From the NCBI GenBank assembly GCA_963675515.1, contig OY776328.1, forward strand, positions 360,001 to 392,000: 32,000 bases of DNA, written 5' to 3'. The position numbers were made by a program, and so were the translations under genes. Source of the DNA: Coprobacillaceae bacterium (GTDB taxonomy: Bacteria > Bacillota_I > Bacilli_A > Erysipelotrichales > Coprobacillaceae). This document shows positions 27,601 to 32,000 of this stretch, piece after piece. A model generated the notes under the pieces. The model had not been told where the DNA came from. It did no database searches and saw only the letters and a program-made list of their open reading frames with translations. The stretch's first letter is position 1. Each line of letters opens with the position of its first letter.

Positions 27601-27814
27601 AGCTGCAGGAAAAATCGATTATTTTTCCGTCGAAAGAGACGGTCGCTGTTGGATTGTAGTTTTTCTTGTGCTGCTCGACAACCCCGCTGAGGTGGTAAGC
27701 GTCATTCTTTTCAAGATGGATCTCCTTGATTTTCCGGTATTTGACCAAGGATTGGGAAATTTTATAATTCACAAAAGTCATCAGGCCTTTTAACTGTTTC
27801 GTATCTAATTTCAT
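24626..27814 (-). CDS. SNF2-family helicase with an N-terminal SWIM zinc finger (YwqA-like)
   Basis: 1062 aa. SWIM reads CSCNRYSSEDVICSH. Helicase motifs are DDMGLGKT (I), DEAQYIKN (II), LTGTPIEN (III) and QATDRAYRIGQ (VI). Start set at ATG 27814, with GGAGG 5 nt upstream. Confidence 0.92.
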   Translation of the reverse strand: MKLDTKQLKGLMTFVNYKISQSLVKYRKIKEIHLEKNDAYHLSGVVEQHKKNYNPTATVSFDGKIIDFSCSCNRYSSEDVICSHIGSLLVEFGELDKETKLPYHHVSNDNYKDRLLNMQRIFNELEIIEQKGQSLRLISTYQEEILDATTKLDKNISIQPNIEISDDQHISIDYKIGSKRMYVIKSLPQFIENYNTKNRIKYGKELITSHEKTDFTPLATKQIDFIREATNINDMITRYISINDNNIDLFYHAYENLENPYLRFVDKTPKVIKIKKENHGQYDKFTLADLPGRIYFGHQHLYHLIENKIYRYSLMASNALKSFIDSILDEDIIVFNENKKDFGKYIIDRISPYVDLIDDDYDEYLTDDVYVQVYADIDFDNNLRIDLKYIDENENEITNPMLTDYNLPIGVSSTQNLLNKDFDYDEARNCFVLDKSYSATSDYILKQLPRFKEFSEVFVSDAIESIQKNKSLALSVGVKLENNLLEINFDNLDIDRDEIIDILKAYRANRTFHRLNNGNVVTLDDQSIQAVNDLMEDLNVDLKNIHDNTITVDKTRALYLNSLMDESKLAVKSRNEAFTDLVTGIKDVDPAKFKAPEKFQPILRNYQKDGFRWLKTLEHYGFNGILCDDMGLGKTLQVIALLEANKGQGKTSIVITPATLILNWKDEIEKFTDNLKVICIQGTAKARQEDIQKVSDYDVVLTSYDYIRRDSDYYKDVSFDYVILDEAQYIKNQKTKNAQEVKKIQGEHRLALTGTPIENSLAELWSLFDFLMPEYLFNYTYFKRNFETPIVKNNDQEITKRLQRMVEPFILRRTKSQVLKELPEKTENDIHIRFNDEEKKIYLANLVQVNNELRAMMDSDIFNKVKVLAMMTKLRQICCDPRLVYKDFTDPSSKLEVCMNLIDNIQQENEKVLLFSSFTSVLSLVEQQLKERNISYYKLTGETSKSKRHQLVNNFQVDETTVFLISLKAGGTGLNLTSASSVIHFDPWWNLSAQNQATDRAYRIGQKNKVQVYKLIMKDSIEEKIQTLQKQKNDLAQVFVENNEGTITTMNQQEIADLFKID

Positions 27815-27835
27815 AAAAACCTCCAAATATCTTAC

Positions 27836-27844
27836 ATTATATCA
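27836..27844 (-). promoter_or_regulatory. TG-extended -10 (TGATATAAT) upstream of the SNF2 gene
   Basis: The minus strand reads TGaTATAAT. I found no good -35. Confidence 0.4.
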
Positions 27845-27944
27845 TATAACGGAAACGAAGACCTAAAAATAAGAAGCAATTTTTTAGATAAAAAAAGCCG
27901 CTGAACAAGTCAACGGCAAAATTCGCCGGTTGTGGACAAGACTG

Positions 27945-29132
27945 TCATAAGTCCTTGCTGGGCTGGAGTAGCTTCTTGTAGGTGAAATCGACTCCGATGG
28001 CTCCAAGCGGTGCGGTGACTATGATCGCCAGGACTGCGATTGTCAGTATTATTCCTCCCGATTCCAGGCCGGCAGCCAGTGGGACGGCCCCGATTGCGGC
28101 CTGGACGGTTGCTTTAGGCATGTATCCGATGCAGCAAAACAGACGCTCCTGGAAAGTCAGTTCCGTTCTTGTCAGGGAGATGAGCACGCCGATGATGCGA
28201 AGTGAAAGGGCGATGACGATCAACAACAGATAATTGAACCCGGCATGGAACAGGTAGTCGATGTTAACTGCGGCTCCGACCAGGACGAACAGGATGATTT
28301 CGCCGCTTACCCATATTTTTGAGAATTTACCCATCAGTCTTTTGGCCAACGGCTCGTAGAATTTAAGGATCGCAGCCCCCATGGCCATAACGGCTAGCAG
28401 TCCCGAAAGAGCCAGGGTCCCCTTCAATGCTTCCTCGAGCGAGACGAAAATGAAGGCGCAACTCAGGATGACAAGCACCTTGACTGTGTCGCGGGTATGG
28501 AAAGTTTTGAAAACACGGACAAGTGCATAACCGGTCGAAGCTCCCAGTGCCAGACCGGTAGCTATTGAGATTGGGACATTCAAAAGAGAGGCGATGTCGA
28601 AACTTGAGCCCTGGGCCATCTTCAAAAAGGAGGTGAACAGGACAATCACATAAATGTCGTCAACCGAGGCTCCCGCCATTATGAGCTGGGGAATGCTCTT
28701 GTCTGTGCCATAACCCTTTTCCATCAGGCTGATCATTCTTGGAACAATCACAGCCGGGGATACCGCTGCGACGACACAGCCCATGATGGCTGCGTCAAGG
28801 TAGCTAACATCAAGCAAAAGCGGAGCCAGGATGGTGATGGTCGCTATTTCCAGGGTTGCAGGTATGAAACACATAAGGATGGCTGGCCGTCCGACTTTTT
28901 TCAGATCGGCCAGGTCGATTGACAATCCAGCCCGGGTCAAAATGACAATCAGGGCGATTTGCCTGAGCTGCGGGGAAATGTCAAGGATGTCGGAAGAAAT
29001 GAGGTTGAAGAAGGAAGGGCCCAGGATGATTCCGGTAAAAATCATTCCCAATAATCCGGGGATTTTCAGGCGGTTCAATATTCCGCTCATTCCAAATCCG
29101 ATAATGATAATCAATGCAAGACTAAGTAACAT
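27945..29132 (-). CDS. Cation:proton antiporter (Na+/H+ exchanger family)
   Basis: 395 aa with about 11-12 TM segments. The N-terminus LLSLALIIIIGFGMSGILNRLKIPGLLGMIFTGIILGP is typical of the family. Start set at ATG 29132 (AGGAGAG RBS). The 43-codon extension in the ORF track covers the structured leader. Confidence 0.88.
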   Translation of the reverse strand: MLLSLALIIIIGFGMSGILNRLKIPGLLGMIFTGIILGPSFFNLISSDILDISPQLRQIALIVILTRAGLSIDLADLKKVGRPAILMCFIPATLEIATITILAPLLLDVSYLDAAIMGCVVAAVSPAVIVPRMISLMEKGYGTDKSIPQLIMAGASVDDIYVIVLFTSFLKMAQGSSFDIASLLNVPISIATGLALGASTGYALVRVFKTFHTRDTVKVLVILSCAFIFVSLEEALKGTLALSGLLAVMAMGAAILKFYEPLAKRLMGKFSKIWVSGEIILFVLVGAAVNIDYLFHAGFNYLLLIVIALSLRIIGVLISLTRTELTFQERLFCCIGYMPKATVQAAIGAVPLAAGLESGGIILTIAVLAIIVTAPLGAIGVDFTYKKLLQPSKDL

Positions 29133-29251
29133 ATTTTCTCTCCTGTAAAAGTCAATTAAAAAAGCTGATGGTTCTCCTGTGGTATCACAGAAGTCATCAG
29201 CTAAAAAGCGGTTCAAGCATATGCTTAGGGAGAACTTCATTCCCTGTGTTG
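29133..29251 (-). ncRNA. Structured 5' leader with mutually exclusive terminator and antiterminator pairings (riboswitch-like attenuator, class unknown)
   Basis: CACAGGG (29248-29242) can pair with CUUCUGUG (29193-29186), and GUUCUCC (29235-29229) with GGAGAAC (29177-29171). Both partners are halves of the terminator stem. There are also small hairpins AGGGA/UCCCU and AAGCAUAUGCUU. Confidence 0.5.
29157..29202 (-). terminator. Leader (attenuator) terminator upstream of the antiporter gene
   Basis: AGCUGAUG-a-CUUCUGUG-auac-CACAGGAG-aac-CAUCAGCU gives 16 bp, followed by U6. It ends about 25 nt before the RBS. Confidence 0.7.
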
Positions 29252-29280
29252 ATTCTAGCATAGCTTTCAGGATAAGACAA
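29252..29280 (-). promoter_or_regulatory. Candidate sigma-A promoter for the antiporter leader
   Basis: On the minus strand: TTGTCT (29280-29275), 17-nt spacer, TG-extended TAGAAT (29257-29252). Confidence 0.55.
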
Positions 29281-29301
29281 CCTCAAATAATTGATTGGTA
29301 G

Positions 29302-30219
29302 TTATTTGTCCTGTTTTTTGTCATCAGTTACCAGTTCCTTGATGGAAGTGGCAAACGAAGCCAAGTTCTGAATTTCAGAAGGAATGATGATCTTTGTCGC
29401 CTGACCGTTGGCAACTTTTTGGAAAGTATCAAAGCTTTGGAGTTGCAAGTAGGCATCCTGAGGATTTGCATCATTGATGTACTGGATCCCCCGAGCTTGG
29501 GCTTCGAATACCAGCCGGATCGCTTCGGCCTCACCTTGGGCCTGGGCGATGCGCGCTTCTTTCTGGGCTGCGGCTTTCAGGATTGTGGATTCCTTTGAAC
29601 CTTCAGCTTCCAGGATAGCGGCTTTTTTCTGTCCTTCTGCCCGCAGGATGGCTTCACGTCTTTCCCGTTCGGCCCGCATCTGTTTTTCCATCGCTTCCTG
29701 GATATCGCGAGGCGGGATGATGTTCTTGACTTCGACCCGGTGAACCTTGATGCCCCATGGATCGGTTGCGTCATCGAGGATCGAGCGCATTCTTGAGTTG
29801 ATGATGTCGCGTGAAGTCAGGGACTCATCGAGCTCTAGATCCCCGATTATGTTTCTCAGTGTTGTCGCGGTCAGGTTTTCAATCGCGTTAAGCGGCCGTT
29901 CCACCCCGTATGTGAAAAGTTTCGGGTCAGTGATCTGGAAATAGACAACAGTGTCGATTTGCATTGTTACGTTGTCCTTTGTGATAACCGGTTGCGGCGC
30001 GAAGTCGATCACCTGTTCCTTCAGGCTGACGTTGCTTACCAGACGGTCGATAAAAGGCACAAGAATGTGGAGCCCCACGGAAAGAGTCCGGTCGTAGGCC
30101 CCGATTCTTTCAATTACATAAGCCCTTGATTGGGGTACAATCCTGATAGTCCGCGCGATCATCACAAGGACGATCAGAATAATCACAGCCCATAATAAAT
30201 ATCCGATAATTGCATCCAT
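29302..30219 (-). CDS. SPFH/Band 7 (stomatin-like) membrane protein
   Basis: 305 aa. An N-terminal TM is followed by IVPQSRAYVIERIGAY...TKDNVTMQIDTVVYFQITDP and a coiled-coil EAILRAEGQKKAAILEAEG. RBS is GGGAGG. Confidence 0.92.
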   Translation of the reverse strand: MDAIIGYLLWAVIILIVLVMIARTIRIVPQSRAYVIERIGAYDRTLSVGLHILVPFIDRLVSNVSLKEQVIDFAPQPVITKDNVTMQIDTVVYFQITDPKLFTYGVERPLNAIENLTATTLRNIIGDLELDESLTSRDIINSRMRSILDDATDPWGIKVHRVEVKNIIPPRDIQEAMEKQMRAERERREAILRAEGQKKAAILEAEGSKESTILKAAAQKEARIAQAQGEAEAIRLVFEAQARGIQYINDANPQDAYLQLQSFDTFQKVANGQATKIIIPSEIQNLASFATSIKELVTDDKKQDK

Positions 30220-30223
30220 TTAA

Positions 30224-30664
30224 TTAATCCTCCCTTTCATTGGATAATTTCTTTACGACTAGATGGGCGCCTTCAACTCCGATAACCTCACAGTATTCGC
30301 CCTCTTCAATTATTGTATTGTCGATACTTGATGCTGCCCAAGTTGAGGCCATTACTTTTACCTCTCCTTTCTTGTCGGGAGAGATTGAACTGATTACCAG
30401 AGCATGCTTGCCGATGTAACGGTCATAGTTTGTCGCGACGGTGTTTGTTTTGAGATACCTTTTGGCAATCGGCCGGGTCACAATCAGTGAAAAACCGGTG
30501 ACCAGAACAAACACGCCGATCTGAAATGGCATCGGGACGTCCAGCAGGTTCAAAACCAGAGCGAAGATGGCGCCCAAGCCAAACCAGATCGAGAGGAGGT
30601 CAACCGAAGCTGCCTCGATGATGACCGAAGCGATGATGACAATAAGCCATAATATTGTTTCCAT
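30224..30664 (-). CDS. NfeD-family protein (short form, membrane anchor plus C-terminal OB fold)
   Basis: 146 aa with three N-terminal TM segments. The C-terminal GKHALVISSISPDKKGEVKVMASTWAASS...GEYCEVIGVEGAHLVVKK is the NfeD OB-fold motif. It ends 4 nt before the SPFH start. Confidence 0.88.
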   Translation of the reverse strand: METILWLIVIIASVIIEAASVDLLSIWFGLGAIFALVLNLLDVPMPFQIGVFVLVTGFSLIVTRPIAKRYLKTNTVATNYDRYIGKHALVISSISPDKKGEVKVMASTWAASSIDNTIIEEGEYCEVIGVEGAHLVVKKLSNERED

Positions 30665-30703
30665 ATGTATTTTCCTTTCGAACTTACAATAGTGAAGTTT
30701 ATC

Positions 30704-31069
30704 CTAATTCAAATCCACAAGCAGGATCTGGTGGACCACATCGAAATAAGCCGGCAATTTGACTGTGCCTCTTGTTTCCAGGTCCAGATTGAAGCTTCTG
30801 TCAAGTTCCTGCAAAAAGACCTTGTTGGAAATGCGCATGTAGCTTTTTCCTACCGAAATGTGATGGAGCTGTTCCTTCGGGTAGTAATTGTTGGCAGCCT
30901 CCTCCTTGGTTACGGGCTTGATGCCCAGCTGTCCTTTCTGGTTGACTCCAAGCAATACATATGCGACATTTTCGAAATGCTTGCTTGCGGAAGAATTCAA
31001 GGTAATGCTGCCGCTGGCAATGGTGACTACTTTTTTGTTGCTTTCGCTGGTACACCAATTGAAATCCAT
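30704..31069 (-). CDS. Hypothetical protein (121 aa), first gene of the nfeD-SPFH operon
   Basis: An AAAGGAG RBS sits 7 nt upstream of the ATG, and the stop is 39 nt before nfeD. No TM segment or known motif was recognised. I preferred it over the antisense ORF 30665-31126, which has no RBS. Confidence 0.6.
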   Translation of the reverse strand: MDFNWCTSESNKKVVTIASGSITLNSSASKHFENVAYVLLGVNQKGQLGIKPVTKEEAANNYYPKEQLHHISVGKSYMRISNKVFLQELDRSFNLDLETRGTVKLPAYFDVVHQILLVDLN

Positions 31070-31290
31070 GGTACCGCTCCTTTCTTATCTTATGCTAAAT
31101 TTAAACAAGTAACAAGTCAAATGTAACAATTAACTCGAGTAAATATAAATGTCATATTTTTCATATATTTCATATATAAATTATATTTCTTTTTTTGAGG
31201 AAATTCAACAGAATTCGAGCATGATTTGCTTGTAATAAAGGTTGTTTATCTTTTTTGTCAAAGAGTGTATAATGAGTTGAGGTGAAAAAA

Positions 31291-31734
31291 ATGAAAAAGT
31301 TGATATTGATCCTGTTTTTGCTTTTGGGTACGGTGGGATGCGCCAGATCGAACGACCAATCCTTGCTCGACAAGGAATTGGTAGGCAATTACACTTTAAA
31401 TTATTTTTACGTGACCGGATGCGGCGGATGCGAAGATTTCAAAACCTATGCGATTCCGGCGATTGAAGATGTTTTTGGAGACCATATCACAATCAATCAG
31501 TACGATCTCGATGATGCCCACACCAAGGCGATATATGAAGATATCATCAATCGTCTTGACGGGTTTGAAGAGGAAAACTACGGGTTTGGACCGTTCATCA
31601 GTTTTGGTGACTATTTTGCGAAACTCGGATATTCGTATGGCGACGAGAGCGAACTTGTCAATGACATGTTAAAAGCGGTACACGATATGGATCTAGGCGA
31701 CGAACTGATCGCCGGACGTTATTATTTCAAATGA
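31291..31734 (+). CDS. Lipoprotein with a thioredoxin-like CGGC motif
   Basis: The signal peptide [17 protein letters not shown] carries a lipobox. [13 protein letters not shown] is a CxxC motif. ATG 31291 has GAGGTG 6 nt upstream, so I preferred it over the GTG at 31282 in the ORF track. Confidence 0.7.
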   Translation: MKKLILILFLLLGTVGCARSNDQSLLDKELVGNYTLNYFYVTGCGGCEDFKTYAIPAIEDVFGDHITINQYDLDDAHTKAIYEDIINRLDGFEEENYGFGPFISFGDYFAKLGYSYGDESELVNDMLKAVHDMDLGDELIAGRYYFK

Positions 31735-31750
31735 GAGGAAAGGTGATCTG

Positions 31751-32000
31751 ATGGCAACACCACATAATGAAGCTAAAAAAGGCGACATCGCCAAAATAGT
31801 ACTGATGCCCGGAGACCCGTTGCGGGCGAAATTCGTGGCCGACAATTTTCTGGAAGATGTTGTGCAGTTCAATTCGGTGCGCAACATGTTTGGCTATACC
31901 GGATCTTACAAGGGGAAACGGATCTCGGTCATGGGTTCGGGCATGGGGATGCCTTCGATTGGCATATATGCCCATGAACTGTATTCCCAGTATGATGTCG
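31751..32000 (+). CDS. deoD: Purine nucleoside phosphorylase DeoD-type, N-terminal part (runs off the window)
   Basis: The sequence [37 protein letters not shown]...[12 protein letters not shown] closely resembles the DeoD N-terminus. RBS is AAAGGTGA. Confidence 0.93.
   Translation, partial: MATPHNEAKKGDIAKIVLMPGDPLRAKFVADNFLEDVVQFNSVRNMFGYTGSYKGKRISVMGSGMGMPSIGIYAHELYSQYDV

Noticed and set aside
24626-27814. The SNF2 helicase as part of a phage-defence system (Zorya-, DISARM- or BREX-like).
   Set aside because: No partner genes are adjacent (no methylase, nuclease, ZorA/B-like or PLD gene). Its architecture of SWIM, SNF2-associated region and SNF2 core matches the widespread stand-alone YwqA-like housekeeping type. 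The flanking genes are core metabolism and transport.
29133-29251. The antiporter leader as a ydaO-type c-di-AMP riboswitch.
   Set aside because: The region available before the terminator is about 50 nt. This is far shorter than the pseudo-twofold ydaO aptamer of roughly 130 nt or more. The class is left open rather than assigned.
27945-29261. N-terminal extensions in the ORF track: antiporter to 29261, hom to 5713, thrC from 5811, opuAB from 22177, SNF2 to 27826, kinase from 756.
   Set aside because: In every case an internal ATG with a GGAGG-type RBS at 5-9 nt matches the family N-terminus. The extensions run through predicted promoters, leaders or the upstream gene.
31268-31273. A consensus TATAAT just upstream of the lipoprotein gene, considered as its promoter.
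   Set aside because: No -35 lies at a proper spacing (TTGTCA is only 7 nt away). The predicted transcription start would also fall within the RBS. The call was therefore left unmade.

Overview
This is a densely packed chromosomal core region of a low-GC Gram-positive (Bacillota-like) organism. It uses the standard genetic code, has GGAGG-type ribosome-binding sites, and encodes CCA in its tRNA genes. Gene order, left to right: phoU 3' end, OmpR-type response regulator and PhoR-like kinase; degV; a divergent threonine cluster (hom-asd on minus, thrC-thrB on plus); tcdA, a 75-aa orphan and an alpha/beta hydrolase; rplM-rpsI; a Leloir galactose locus (galR plus a degraded galE on minus, galT-galM-galK on plus); a stand-alone tRNA operon (tRNA-Ile-GAT x2, tRNA-Ala-TGC) that runs straight into a MATE / EIIC_2 / YihY membrane-protein operon; opuAA-AB-AC; a convergent SNF2/SWIM helicase with a BusR-like GntR+RCK_C regulator; a cation/H+ antiporter with a structured leader; an unknown-nfeD-SPFH operon; a CxxC lipoprotein; and the deoD 5' end. 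I found no transposase, integrase, phage gene, CRISPR array, toxin-antitoxin pair or recognisable defence gene, and no convincing novel multi-gene system. The observations most worth follow-up are regulatory or degenerative. They are: (1) a riboswitch-like terminator/antiterminator leader upstream of the antiporter; (2) a perfect 12-6-12 palindrome on the opuA promoter, with a BusR-like gene nearby that is co-transcribed with the SNF2 helicase; (3) a galE carrying both a start-proximal frameshift and an in-frame deletion of its catalytic-Ser segment; (4) twin TTGTATACAA palindromes in the hom/thrC divergent promoters; and (5) an alpha/beta hydrolase lacking its nucleophile serine. All homology calls come from reading the translations against remembered family motifs; no database search was run.
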